Assembly: GCF_016127575.1 (NCBI RefSeq)
Contig: NZ_CP066018.1
Coordinates: 2,220,001-2,252,000, forward strand
Length of the DNA stretch: 32,000 nucleotides
DNA from: Cupriavidus necator
GTDB lineage: Bacteria; Pseudomonadota; Gammaproteobacteria; Burkholderiales; Burkholderiaceae
Direction of reading: 5' to 3'
Shown here: in pieces, positions 1 to 11,492 of the stretch
Layout of the letters: the number at the start of each line of letters is the position of its first letter
Numbering within the stretch: the first letter of the stretch is position 1
The notes under the pieces: generated by a model
Seen by the model: the letters and a program-made list of their open reading frames with translations, nothing else
The model's database searches: none
Told to the model about the DNA's origin: nothing
Program-made: the position numbers and the translations under genes

Positions 1-213
1 GCGCAGGCCCATGTCTGCCGCACCGTGTGCCGCCGTGCCGAGCGCGCGCTGGTGGCGCTGGGCGCGGCCGAGCCACTGAACGAGGCCCCGCGCCAGTACC
101 TGAACCGGCTGTCGGACCTGATGTTCGTGCTGGCGCGGGTGCTGAACCGGGCCGGCGGCGGTTCCGACGTGTTGTGGCAGCGCGATCGCGACGCGCCAGG
201 AGGTATGGAATAG
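1..213 (+). CDS. ATP:cob(I)alamin adenosyltransferase, PduO/MMAB type, C-terminal fragment (5' end lies outside the window)
   Basis: Frame 1 is open from base 1. The translation AQAHVCRTVCRRAERALV...QYLNRLSDLMFVLARV carries the RTVCRRAER and YLNRLSD motifs typical of PduO-type adenosyltransferases. Stop at 211-213. Confidence 0.75.
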   Translation, partial: AQAHVCRTVCRRAERALVALGAAEPLNEAPRQYLNRLSDLMFVLARVLNRAGGGSDVLWQRDRDAPGGME

Positions 214-316
214 GCCACTTTCGGCGGCCGCGCCGCGCCGTCCGCTTAACCTGCGGCGGCGGATGCCGTTGAAAGCATGCAGAAACCGAGAAAATTACTC
301 GGATTTGCCGGTTCTG

Positions 317-346
317 CCCTTGAAAAGCCCCCGGGCGGCCACATTT
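317..346 (+). promoter_or_regulatory. sigma32 (RpoH) heat-shock promoter of dnaK
   Basis: CCCTTGAAAA (317-326), a 13-nt spacer, then CCACATTT (339-346). This matches the E. coli-type sigma32 consensus CTTGAAA-N13-15-CCCCATNT. It lies about 55 nt upstream of the dnaK ATG, and GAGGAG (391-396) is the RBS. Confidence 0.6.
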
Positions 347-402
347 CGGCCTCAGGTTGAATTGCAGCCGCGCGGATAGCGCCGGCTCAAGAGGAGAGAA
401 TA

Positions 403-2355
<1,953 letters not shown>

Positions 2356-2526
2356 TCGGGACACGCGGGCGGCGGTGCAGGCACTGGCCGGCACCGCCCC
2401 CGCCCCGACGCCGGGCGCGGCCATCGGACCCAGCGGGAAACCGCCGTCGGATGCCTCGCTCGGCTTTTTTGCTATTCGCCGGTATCGCGCCGCATGTGCG
2501 TGCCGGCCAAAAAGGTTTGAGCCACC

Positions 2527-3672
2527 ATGGCAAAACGTGACTATTACGAAGTGCTCGGGGTAGGCAAGAACGCGAGCGACGACGAGATCAAGAAGGCTTA
2601 TCGCAAGCTCGCGATGAAGTACCACCCGGACCGCAATCCGGAAGGCAAGGACGGCAAGATCGCCGAGGAAAAATTCAAGGAGGTCAAAGAGGCCTACGAG
2701 ATGCTTTCCGACCCGGAGAAGAAGGCGGCCTACGACCAGTATGGCCATGCCGGTGTCGACCCCAATATGGCGGGCGGCTTCGGCGGTGCGCAGGGCTACG
2801 GCGGTTTCGCCGAGGCCTTTGGCGACATCTTCGGCGACATTTTCGGCCAGCAGGCCGGTGGCCGTCGCGGCGGCGGCGGCCCGCAGGCCTATCGCGGCGC
2901 CGACCTGCGCTACAGCATGGAGATCTCGCTGGAGCAGGCCGCGCACGGCCACGAGGCGCAGATCCGCGTGCCGCACTGGGACGACTGCGACCACTGCCAC
3001 GGCAACGGCGCGGAGCCGGGCTCGAGCGTGGAAACCTGCCCGACCTGCCACGGCGCGGGCCAGGTGCGCGTGTCGCAGGGCTTCTTCACCATGCAGCAGA
3101 CCTGCCCGAAGTGCCACGGCAGCGGCAAGTACATCCCCAAGCCGTGCACCAAGTGCCACGGCCAGGGCAAGCTGAAGTCGCAGAAGACGCTGGAAGTGAA
3201 GATCCCGGCCGGCATCGACGAAGGCATGCGCATCCGCTCGTCGGGCAACGGCGAGCCGGGTATCAACGGCGGCCCCCCGGGCGACCTGTATGTGGAAGTC
3301 CACATCAAGGCGCACCCGATGTTCGAGCGCGACGGCGACGACCTGCACTGCCAGATGCCGATCTCCTTCGCCACCGCGGCGCTGGGCGGCGACCTGGAAG
3401 TGCCGACGCTGAGCGGCAAGGCCACCTTCCCGGTGCCTGAAGCCACCCAGTCGGGCAAGACCTTCCGTCTGCGCGGCAAGGGCATCAAGGGCGTGCGTTC
3501 CGGCTATCCGGGCGACCTCTATGTGCATGTGAACGTGGAGACGCCGGTCAAGCTGACCGAGGCGCAGAAGGAGATGCTGCGCCAGTTCGACCGCTCGGTG
3601 CATGAGGGCGGCTCGCGCCACAGCCCGCAGGAGCAATCCTGGCTGGACAAGGTGAAGAGCTTCTTCAGCTGA
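2527..3672 (+). CDS. dnaJ: co-chaperone DnaJ (Hsp40)
   Basis: 381-aa ORF with a J domain ([14 protein letters not shown]), a G/F-rich linker and four CxxCxGxG zinc-finger repeats ([32 protein letters not shown]). Confidence 0.97.
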   Translation: MAKRDYYEVLGVGKNASDDEIKKAYRKLAMKYHPDRNPEGKDGKIAEEKFKEVKEAYEMLSDPEKKAAYDQYGHAGVDPNMAGGFGGAQGYGGFAEAFGDIFGDIFGQQAGGRRGGGGPQAYRGADLRYSMEISLEQAAHGHEAQIRVPHWDDCDHCHGNGAEPGSSVETCPTCHGAGQVRVSQGFFTMQQTCPKCHGSGKYIPKPCTKCHGQGKLKSQKTLEVKIPAGIDEGMRIRSSGNGEPGINGGPPGDLYVEVHIKAHPMFERDGDDLHCQMPISFATAALGGDLEVPTLSGKATFPVPEATQSGKTFRLRGKGIKGVRSGYPGDLYVHVNVETPVKLTEAQKEMLRQFDRSVHEGGSRHSPQEQSWLDKVKSFFS

Positions 3673-3690
3673 CCGGGTTTGCAGTATCGG

Positions 3691-3726
3691 ACCGGCCACG
3701 TGCGAGCGTGGCCGGTTTTGTTTTTG
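3691..3726 (+). terminator. rho-independent terminator after dnaJ
   Basis: Perfect 10-bp stem ACCGGCCACG (3691-3700) / CGTGGCCGGT (3707-3716) with a 6-nt loop, followed by TTTGTTTTT. Confidence 0.8.
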
Positions 3727-3779
3727 GCGCGCGATAATGCCAAGGTTGTCCCCACCGCCCCTTTCCTGACGATTTCCCC

Positions 3780-5708
3780 GTGGTAGCCAGCATCCAGCCC
3801 CCGCCCTCTCCCCCGGCCCCTCTCCCGCAAGCGGGCGAGGGGAGCACCCAGCCAGGGGGAGGAGATGTCTTCGTCCTTCTCGACGACGCCACGGCCCCGG
3901 CGGCGCAAGCCGCATCACGCCTCTACACCGGCTTCATCCGTGAAGACGTCTTGCCCGCCGGCAGCGACATCGCGCAACTCGACACCATGCTTGCCGAAGG
4001 CTGGCGCCAGGGCTGGCATGCCACCCTGTTTGCCCCCTACGAATTCGGCGGCGCGCTGGTCGATGCCCCGGTGCACACCGGCAACGCGATGCCGTTCCAC
4101 GACGGCGCGCTGCGCCTGCTGTGGTTCCGCAACCTGCGCCGGCTCGATGCCGCGGCGGTCACGGCGTGGCTGCAGGCGAAAGCCGACCCCAGGCCGGCGG
4201 GCCTGATGGACGTGGCCTCCGATACCTCCCGCGAGGCATTCGACGATGCCATCGCCCGCATCCACCAGTGGATCGAAGCCGGCGACACCTACCAGGTCAA
4301 CTACACCCAGCGCCTGCACTTCGATGCCTTTGGCGACCCGGTGGCGCTGTATGCCGCGCTGCGCGCCGCGCAGCCGGTGCCGTATGGCGTGCTGGCCAGC
4401 CTGCCGGATCGTGCCACGGTGCTGTCGCTGTCGCCCGAGCTGTTCGTGCGCCACGACGGCCAGGGCCACATGCTGACCCGGCCGATGAAGGGCACCGCGC
4501 CGCGCTCGGGCGATGCCGTGCGCGATGCGCAGGCCGCCGCCGCGCTGGCCGCCGATGCCAAGAACCGCGCCGAGAACGTGATGATCGTCGACCTGCTGCG
4601 CAACGACCTGGGGCGCATCGCGCAGCCGGGCAGCGTGGCGGTGCCGGAGCGCTTTGCGGTGCAGCCGTTTGGCGCGGTGCTGCAGATGACCTCTACCGTC
4701 ACCGCGACGGCGCGGCCCGGCACGCGCTTTGGCGCGCTGATGGCGGCGCTGTTCCCGTGCGGCTCCATCACCGGCGCGCCCAAGCGGCGCACCATGCAGA
4801 TCATTGCCGAACTGGAAGGCACGCCGCGCGGGCTGTACACCGGGGCGATCGGCTGGATCGATGCGCCAACCGACGAAGGCACCGCGGGACCGTTCGCGCT
4901 GTCGGTGGCAATCCGCACGCTGGTACTGGCGCCTCTCGCGGATACCGGCCTGCGCGCGGGTGAAATGGGCGTGGGCGGCGGCATCGTCCATGACAGCGTC
5001 GCGGCGGAGGAGTTCGATGAATGCGGCTGGAAGGCGCGTTTCCTGACGCGGCACGATCCCGGTTTTACGCTGTTCGAAACCATGCGCGTGCAGGACGGCG
5101 AGTGCCTTTACCTGGCGCGGCATCTTGCGCGCATTGGCGCTTCGGCACATACGTTCGGCTTCGCTTTCGATGCCGATGCGGCACGCAACGCGGTGGCCGC
5201 GCAGGTAGCGCAGCTGGGCGCGGGGACATGGCGCCTGCGTATGAGCGTGGACAAGCGCGGCGCGCTCGCATTTGCCAGCGGCGCGGTGGCACCGATGCCG
5301 GCCGGTCCGGTCAGGATCGATATCGCCCCCGAGCCACTACCCGCCGCCGATCCGCTGCGCCGCCACAAGACCAGCGCGCGCGCAGTGTTCGATGCGGGCT
5401 GGCAGGCCGCCGAGCGTGCCGGTGGCTTTGACCTGCTGTTCTTCAACACGCGCGGTGAACTGCTGGAAGGCGGGCGCAGCTCGGTCTTCGTCCGTATCGA
5501 TGGCCGCTGGCTGACGCCGCCGCTGTCGGCTGACATCCTGCCCGGCGTGATGCGCGCGGTGGCGCTGGACGAGGGAGGGGCGGCCCTGGGCGCCCCCGGC
5601 GAAGTGGTGACGGAAGCGGTGATCACGCGCGCGATGCTCGCGCGCGCCGAGGCCATCGTCCTGGTCAACGCCTTGCGCGGCGCGATGCCGGCGACGCTGA
5701 GTCAGTAA
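3780..5708 (+). CDS. pabB: bifunctional aminodeoxychorismate synthase component I / aminodeoxychorismate lyase-like protein (PabB-PabC fusion)
   Basis: 642-aa ORF. The N-terminal ~420 aa are chorismate-binding (SRLYTGF, GDTYQVNYTQR, SPELFV, PMKGT, ENVMIVDLLRNDLGR, FPCGSITGAPKRRTMQII, GIGW). The C-terminal ~210 aa are fold-type IV aminotransferase/ADC-lyase-like (FTLFETMRV..., RRHKTSAR, ILPGVMR). The only in-frame start upstream of the conserved FVLLDD block is GTG 3780, so the start is uncertain. Confidence 0.85.
   Translation: MVASIQPPPSPPAPLPQAGEGSTQPGGGDVFVLLDDATAPAAQAASRLYTGFIREDVLPAGSDIAQLDTMLAEGWRQGWHATLFAPYEFGGALVDAPVHTGNAMPFHDGALRLLWFRNLRRLDAAAVTAWLQAKADPRPAGLMDVASDTSREAFDDAIARIHQWIEAGDTYQVNYTQRLHFDAFGDPVALYAALRAAQPVPYGVLASLPDRATVLSLSPELFVRHDGQGHMLTRPMKGTAPRSGDAVRDAQAAAALAADAKNRAENVMIVDLLRNDLGRIAQPGSVAVPERFAVQPFGAVLQMTSTVTATARPGTRFGALMAALFPCGSITGAPKRRTMQIIAELEGTPRGLYTGAIGWIDAPTDEGTAGPFALSVAIRTLVLAPLADTGLRAGEMGVGGGIVHDSVAAEEFDECGWKARFLTRHDPGFTLFETMRVQDGECLYLARHLARIGASAHTFGFAFDADAARNAVAAQVAQLGAGTWRLRMSVDKRGALAFASGAVAPMPAGPVRIDIAPEPLPAADPLRRHKTSARAVFDAGWQAAERAGGFDLLFFNTRGELLEGGRSSVFVRIDGRWLTPPLSADILPGVMRAVALDEGGAALGAPGEVVTEAVITRAMLARAEAIVLVNALRGAMPATLSQ
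3801..3842. repeat. REP-like GC-rich palindromic element
   Basis: CCCCTCTCCCGC (3817-3828), AA loop, GCGGGCGAGGGG (3831-3842): 11 of 12 positions complementary. It is preceded by a partial direct copy, CCGCCCTCTCCCCCGG (3801-3816). Its translation gives the PLPQAGEG / PLAGEGPGERAG-type peptides typical of translated REP units in Burkholderiaceae. Confidence 0.6.
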
Positions 5709-5717
5709 GCCTGAAGA

Positions 5718-6412
<695 letters not shown>

Positions 6413-6416
<4 letters not shown>

Positions 6417-7111
6417 CGGCGGAAGCCTCCGGCACCCTGCAGCCAGGCCATGCCGATATTGACCAGCAGCGCCAGCGCCACCAGCACGATGCCCAGCGCA
6501 ATGCCCTGGGCGAACTCGCCCTTGCTGGTTTCCAGCGCAATGGCCGTGGTGATGGTGCGGGTCGAGCCTTCGATATTGCCGCCGATCATCAGGGCCGAGC
6601 CGACTTCGGCAATCACGCGCCCGAAGCCGGCGACCACTGCCGCCATCAGCCCGAAGCGCAGCTCGCGGATCACGGTCAGGAAGGTGCGCCAGCGGCCTGC
6701 GCCCAGCACCCAGGCGGTCTCGCGCAGGCGCACGTCGGCGCCCTGCAGGGTCGACAGCGCAAACGCCAGCACCACCGGGAAGCCGATCACAGCCTGCCCC
6801 AGCACCATGCCCGCCGGCGTGAACAGCAGGTGCAGGCTGCCCAGCGGGCCCTGGCGCGTCAGCAGCAGGTAGAGGACCAGCCCGACCAGCACGGTCGGGA
6901 ACGACAGGAAAGCCTGCGCCACCACCACCACCGCACGCCGGCCCGGGAACTGCCGGGTGGCGATCAGCCAGGCCGCGGCGATCGCCGGCACCGTGGCCAG
7001 CGCCAGTCCCAGCACCGCCACCATCAGCGAGGTCCAGACGATGAACCACAGGCCAGCGTCGCCGCTGGCCAGCAGGCGGAAGGCGTCGGCGGTGGCGGTG
7101 CCGATCTCCAC
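6413..7111 (-). CDS. ABC transporter permease (TupB / COG4662-like, tungstate-type family)
   Basis: 232 aa from GTG 7111, which lies 4 nt after the panB stop. It is a multi-span hydrophobic protein with an EAA-type loop (RETAWVLGAGRWRTFLTVIRELR) and the TTAIALETSKGEF motif that I associate with TupB-type permeases. The longer track ORF (to 7255) would overlap panB. Confidence 0.78.
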
Positions 7112-7115
7112 CGGC

Positions 7116-7937
7116 TCAGGCGGAGAAGGTGTGCTCGGCGGCGGGGAAGCTGCCGTCCTTGACGGCGGCCACGTAGGCGCGCACGGCTGCCTCGATCGAG
7201 GTCTGGCCGTCCATGAAGTTGCGCACGAACTTGGCCTTGCGGCCCGGGTAGACATTGAGCATGTCCTGCAGCACCAGCACCTGGCCTGAGCAGTCCGCGC
7301 CCGCGCCGATGCCGATGGTGGGGACCGTCAGCGATTGCGTGATCTCGCCGGCCAGCGCCGCGGGCACCGCCTCCATCAGCACCACCTGCGCGCCGGCGGC
7401 CTGCAGCGCCAGCGCGTCGCGCTTGAGCTGGGCCGCGCCGGCGTTGGTCTTGCCCTGCACCTTGAAGCCGCCCAGCGCGTGCACCGACTGCGGCGTCAGG
7501 CCGATATGCGCGCATACCGGGATGCTGCGCTCGACCAGGAACTTGACGATGGGCGCCAGCCAGTCGCCGCCTTCGAGCTTGACCATCTGCGCGCCGGCCT
7601 TCATCAGCGTGACCGCGCTGGCAAACGCGGCCTCAGGCGTGGGATAGGTGCCGAACGGCAGGTCCGTCAGCAGCAGCGAGGTCTGGTTGCCGCGCGCCGC
7701 GCATTCGGTGTGGTAGGCCATCTGTTCCAGCGTGACCGGCAGCGTGGTCTGCTGGCCCTGCATCACATTGCCCAGCGAATCGCCGACCAGGATCATTTCC
7801 ACGCCGCAGTAGTCGAGCAGCGCGGCGAAGCTGGAGTCGTACGCGGTCAGCATGGCGATTTTCTCGCCGGCGTCACGCATCGCCTGCAGTTTGGGAATCG
7901 TGATGGTCTTGCGGGAGGGATCGAGGAGGTAGCTCAT
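7116..7937 (-). CDS. panB: 3-methyl-2-oxobutanoate hydroxymethyltransferase
   Basis: [34 protein letters not shown]..., plus VGDSLGNV and KLEGG motifs. Start ATG 7937 was chosen by N-terminal similarity to PanB proteins; ATG 7949 is an alternative. Confidence 0.92.
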   Translation of the reverse strand: MSYLLDPSRKTITIPKLQAMRDAGEKIAMLTAYDSSFAALLDYCGVEMILVGDSLGNVMQGQQTTLPVTLEQMAYHTECAARGNQTSLLLTDLPFGTYPTPEAAFASAVTLMKAGAQMVKLEGGDWLAPIVKFLVERSIPVCAHIGLTPQSVHALGGFKVQGKTNAGAAQLKRDALALQAAGAQVVLMEAVPAALAGEITQSLTVPTIGIGAGADCSGQVLVLQDMLNVYPGRKAKFVRNFMDGQTSIEAAVRAYVAAVKDGSFPAAEHTFSA

Positions 7938-8036
7938 GGCAGTGCCCATATAGGACGGCTTTGCCGGTGCCGGGAGGGCCGCCCGCACGGCAACGACAGC
8001 CGTCGTTATTGTGTTGGGTCTGGCAGGCGTGGCCTG

Positions 8037-8678
8037 TCAGGGCGCAGCGAGATTGAGAAAGGCCTTGCGGCCGCGCATGTTTTCGATGCGCGACAGTAGT
8101 GTACGGAAATCGTCATCATTGTCCACCGGATTGAAGTGGGCGGTGTCGACCACCATCACCGGGGCGTCGTCGTACCGGTGGAACAATTCGCCGTAGGCGC
8201 CGGCCAGGCGCTGCAGGTAGTGTTCGTCGATGCCGGCCTCGCCGGGCTCGCCGCGGCGCACGATGCGCTCGCGCAGGAGCGACGGGGTGGCCTGCAGCAC
8301 GATCACCAGGTCGGCGCGCTGCGGCGGCAGGTCAAGGCGTGCGGCGATGGCGTCGTAGAGCGCCAGTTCGTCGTCGGACAGCGTCAGCGCCGCGTGCAGC
8401 CGGTCCTTGGCCATCAGGAAATTGGTGACCATGCGCTGTCCGGCCAGCACCCCCGCCTGCCATTGCTGCAGTTGCACCGCGCGCTGGGTCAGGCACCACA
8501 GCTGCAGCGCCAGCGCATGGCGCGCGGGATCGCGGTAGAAGGGTTCGAGGAAGGGGCTGCGGCGTGCGCTGTCGGGCAGCTCCTGGGCCTGCAGCGTGCG
8601 CGCCAGGCGCTGGGCCAGCGAGGTCTTGCCGGATCCGACGGGGCCTTCGACGACGATGCGGCGCAGGTGATCGAGCAT
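8037..8678 (-). CDS. deoxynucleoside kinase (dNK) family P-loop kinase
   Basis: 213 aa from ATG 8678, with P-loop VEGPVGSGKTSL, a DR motif (KDRLHA) and a lid-like RERIVRRGEPGE. The 388-aa track ORF is an extension that overlaps folK. Confidence 0.8.
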   Translation of the reverse strand: MLDHLRRIVVEGPVGSGKTSLAQRLARTLQAQELPDSARRSPFLEPFYRDPARHALALQLWCLTQRAVQLQQWQAGVLAGQRMVTNFLMAKDRLHAALTLSDDELALYDAIAARLDLPPQRADLVIVLQATPSLLRERIVRRGEPGEAGIDEHYLQRLAGAYGELFHRYDDAPVMVVDTAHFNPVDNDDDFRTLLSRIENMRGRKAFLNLAAP

Positions 8679-8705
8679 GGCGCTCCGGGCTTCAGTGGGG
8701 TGGAA

Positions 8706-8726
8706 GGCTGCGCCGCGGGCGCAGCC
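8706..8726 (-). other. perfect 9-bp GC hairpin in the folK-dNK spacer
   Basis: GGCTGCGCC (8706-8714), GCG loop, GGCGCAGCC (8718-8726). There is no U-tract on either strand, so an intra-operon RNA structure is more likely than a terminator. Confidence 0.5.
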
Positions 8727-8734
8727 GGGCGGGA

Positions 8735-9274
8735 TCAGCCAGGGCTGCCGCCATCGCCGGTCTCGCCAGCGGCGGCCTGCATGCGCAGGCACTTGCAGGT
8801 GGACACCTTCTCGATACGCTGCGCGCCCACGCCGGCCAGGTAGTCGGCGGCGCGTCCGCGCCCGGGGATGGCCAGCGCGGCGTCCAGCTCCAGCAGCGGC
8901 ACCAGCGTGAAGGCGCGCTCGGTCAGGCGCGGATGCGGCACCGTCAGGTGCTCGTGGTCGTGCTGCTCGTCGCCGAACAGCAGCAGGTCCAGGTCCAGCG
9001 TGCGCGGCGCGTTGCGGAACGGCCGCTCGCGGCCGAACTGGTCTTCGATGTGGTGGCAGATGCGCAGGAGCTGCGCCGCGGTGAACGAGGTCTGCACCTT
9101 GACCACCGCGTTGTAGTAGTCGTCGCCGCCGGCATCGACCGGGGCGGTGCGGTAGAGCGATGAGCGCGCCAGCACCGTGATGCCGACCTGCTGGGCCAGA
9201 CACACGATGGCGTCCTTGATGGCCTGGCGGGCATCGCCAAGATTGGCCCCGATGCCGATGAAGGCAAGCGTCAT
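8735..9274 (-). CDS. folK: 2-amino-4-hydroxy-6-hydroxymethyldihydropteridine diphosphokinase
   Basis: MTLAFIGIGANLGD..., SLYRTAPV, RTLDLDLLLFG and LTVPHPRLTERAF are HPPK signatures. The ATG abuts the pcnB stop (TAAATG), as in the classical pcnB-folK operon. Confidence 0.92.
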   Translation of the reverse strand: MTLAFIGIGANLGDARQAIKDAIVCLAQQVGITVLARSSLYRTAPVDAGGDDYYNAVVKVQTSFTAAQLLRICHHIEDQFGRERPFRNAPRTLDLDLLLFGDEQHDHEHLTVPHPRLTERAFTLVPLLELDAALAIPGRGRAADYLAGVGAQRIEKVSTCKCLRMQAAAGETGDGGSPG

Positions 9275-10816
9275 TTAGGTTTCCTCCGGCTGGCCGGGGC
9301 CGGCATGTGCTGCCTCGCCCGCGTCCGTGTCGCTCCGGGAAGACACTTTATCCGATTTCCGCGGACCGCGCCGGCGGCGCTTCTTGCGTGCCGGGCCTTC
9401 GCCCTCGGCGCCCTGGCCACCCTGACTGCCATGACCGCCTTGACCACCAGGGCCGCGCGCGCTGCGTACCGCGTCGATCAGGTCCTCGCGCTCGCCCGGG
9501 TCGGCGTCCTGGAAGTCCTGCCACCAGGCGGCCAGTTCCTCGGGCAGCTCGCCCGACTGGCAGCGCAGGTGCAGGAAGTCGAAGCCGGCACGGAAGCGCG
9601 GCGACTCCAGCAGCCGGAACGGCATGCGGCCCACGCGCTTTTCAAAGCGCGGCTGCATGCCCCAGATATCGCGCATGTCGGTGACAAAGCGGCGCTGGAT
9701 CGCCAGCTGGCCGGTCTGCTTTTCCAGCACCATGTCCATGGCGGTGTTCAGCGCGGCGATGGCGTGCTCGCCCTCCTCGCGCAGCCTGGTCCAGCGCTGC
9801 AGCACGTGGTGCCACAGCAGCGCGGCGAACAGGAAGCCCGGCGAGACCGGCTTGCCGGCCTGCACGCGGCGGTCGGTGTTGTCCAGCGCCAGCTGCACGA
9901 AGCGCTGGCCCATGGGCTGCTCCAGCGCCACGTCCAGCAGCGGCAGCAGGCCCTGGTGCAGGCCGGCCTTGCGCAGCTCCTGCAGCGAGGCCCAGGCGTG
10001 GCCGGACATCAGCAGCTTGAGCATCTCGTCGAACAGGCGCGCGCTGGGCACGTTGTGGATCAGCGACGCCAGGCCGGCGATCGGGTGGCGCGTGGCCTCG
10101 TCGATGTCGAAGCTGGTCTTGGCGGCGAAGCGCACCACGCGCAGCATCCGGATCGGGTCTTCGCGGTAGCGCGTGACCGGGTCGCCGATCATGCGCAGCG
10201 TGCGCGCGCGGATGTCTTCCATGCCGTGATGGTAGTCATGCACGGTCTGCGCGGCCGGGTCGTAGTACATCGCGTTGATGGTGAAGTCGCGGCGTTCCGC
10301 GTCTTCGGCCTGCGAGCCCCACACGTTGTCGCGCAGCACCCGGCCCGAGGCATCGATCGCATGGGTCTTGCTGTCGAGCTCGGCGCGCTTGAGGCGGCGG
10401 CCTTCGGGCAGCGTTTCGCTGGCGATGGCGTCGACCAGCGCGCGGAAGGTCGAGACCTCGATGATTTCCTGCTCGCGCCCGCCGTAGAAGGTCACGTGCA
10501 CGATCTGGAAGCGCCTGCCGATGATGCGCGAGCGCCGGAACAGCGCCTGCACCTGGTCGGGCGTGGCGTTGGTCGCGACGTCAAAATCCTTGGGCTTGAT
10601 GCCGAGCAGCAGGTCGCGCACCGCGCCGCCCACGATGTAGGCCTGGTAGCCGGCCTGCTGCAGCGTGGAGGTGACCTTGACGGCATTGCGCGACAGCAGC
10701 GCGGGGTCGATCTGGTGTTCGTCGGCGCCGACGATGCGCGGCGTATGGGCGCGGCCGGTGCGGCGCAGCTTGGGGCTGGGTTTGCCCAGCAGCCGGGTAA
10801 TGAGCTTCTTGATCAC
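9275..10816 (-). CDS. pcnB: poly(A) polymerase I
   Basis: 513 aa with a GTG start, 1 nt after the HAD hydrolase stop. It has the nucleotidyltransferase head (YIVGGAVRDLLLGIKPKDFDVAT) and RDFTINAMYYD. The C-terminal ~60 aa form a Gly/Gln-rich then Arg/Lys-rich low-complexity tail. Confidence 0.93.
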   Translation of the reverse strand: MIKKLITRLLGKPSPKLRRTGRAHTPRIVGADEHQIDPALLSRNAVKVTSTLQQAGYQAYIVGGAVRDLLLGIKPKDFDVATNATPDQVQALFRRSRIIGRRFQIVHVTFYGGREQEIIEVSTFRALVDAIASETLPEGRRLKRAELDSKTHAIDASGRVLRDNVWGSQAEDAERRDFTINAMYYDPAAQTVHDYHHGMEDIRARTLRMIGDPVTRYREDPIRMLRVVRFAAKTSFDIDEATRHPIAGLASLIHNVPSARLFDEMLKLLMSGHAWASLQELRKAGLHQGLLPLLDVALEQPMGQRFVQLALDNTDRRVQAGKPVSPGFLFAALLWHHVLQRWTRLREEGEHAIAALNTAMDMVLEKQTGQLAIQRRFVTDMRDIWGMQPRFEKRVGRMPFRLLESPRFRAGFDFLHLRCQSGELPEELAAWWQDFQDADPGEREDLIDAVRSARGPGGQGGHGSQGGQGAEGEGPARKKRRRRGPRKSDKVSSRSDTDAGEAAHAGPGQPEET

Positions 10817-10817
10817 G

Positions 10818-11492
10818 TCAGAACAGATCCATGATGCGCCAGCCGGCCGCGGCGGCGTGGTGGCGCAGGCGATCGTCCGGGTTGGTGGCGATCGGCTCGG
10901 AGACTTTTTCCAGCAAGGGCAGGTCGTTGGCCGAGTCGCTGTAGAAGGTGGTAGTTTCGAAGTGGTCCCACTGCGCGCCCTGGCTCCTGAGCCAGGATTC
11001 GACGCGGGTGATCTTGCCTTCGCGGAAGCTGGGCACGCCGTGGACCTCGCCGGTGAACTGGCTTTCCGGCTTGCCGTCGATGGTGGCGGGCTCGGTGGCG
11101 ATCAGGTGCTTGATGCCGAAGGCCGCGGCAATCGGCGCGGTGACAAAGCTGTTGGTGGCGGTCACCACGGCGCACAGGTCGCCGGCTTCCAGGTGCTTGT
11201 AGACCAGCGCGCGCGCCTGCGGCGTGATCACCGGGTCGATCACCTCGTGCATGAAGCGCACCCGCATGGCATCGAGCCGGTCGCGCGGGTTGGCCGCCAG
11301 CGGCGCCAGCGCAAAGCGCAGGAAGGCCTGGATATCGAGGGTGCCGGCTTTGTAGTGGCCGTAGAACTCGTCGTTCTTCTGCCGGTAGGTTTCCTCGTCG
11401 ACGACGCCCAGGCGGACCAGGAAGCGGCCCCATTCATGGTCGCTGTCGGTCGGGATCAGGGTGTGGTCGAGGTCAAAGAGTGCCAGATTCAT
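10818..11492 (-). CDS. HAD-IB family hydrolase (phosphoserine-phosphatase-like)
   Basis: 224 aa. Motif I is FDLDHTL, motif II VVTATN, and the C-terminal motif is YSDSANDLPLL. Confidence 0.85.
   Translation of the reverse strand: MNLALFDLDHTLIPTDSDHEWGRFLVRLGVVDEETYRQKNDEFYGHYKAGTLDIQAFLRFALAPLAANPRDRLDAMRVRFMHEVIDPVITPQARALVYKHLEAGDLCAVVTATNSFVTAPIAAAFGIKHLIATEPATIDGKPESQFTGEVHGVPSFREGKITRVESWLRSQGAQWDHFETTTFYSDSANDLPLLEKVSEPIATNPDDRLRHHAAAAGWRIMDLF

Noticed and set aside
269-297. Second promoter-like TTGAAA upstream of the dnaK sigma32 promoter
   Set aside because: The -35-like hexamer TTGAAA (269-274) has no acceptable -10 at 16-18 nt. Only AAAATT/AAATTA are there, and there is no CCCCAT-type box for sigma32.
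6417-7049. N-terminal extension of the ABC ATPase ORF (443-aa version)
   Set aside because: The extension overlaps the permease in another frame and lacks ABC motifs. The homology-supported protein begins at ATG 6416, with an ATGA overlap typical of coupled ABC genes.
8679-9203. N-terminal extension of the dNK-family ORF (388-aa version)
   Set aside because: It overlaps folK in another frame and is Arg/Pro/Ala-rich. The P-loop follows immediately after ATG 8678.
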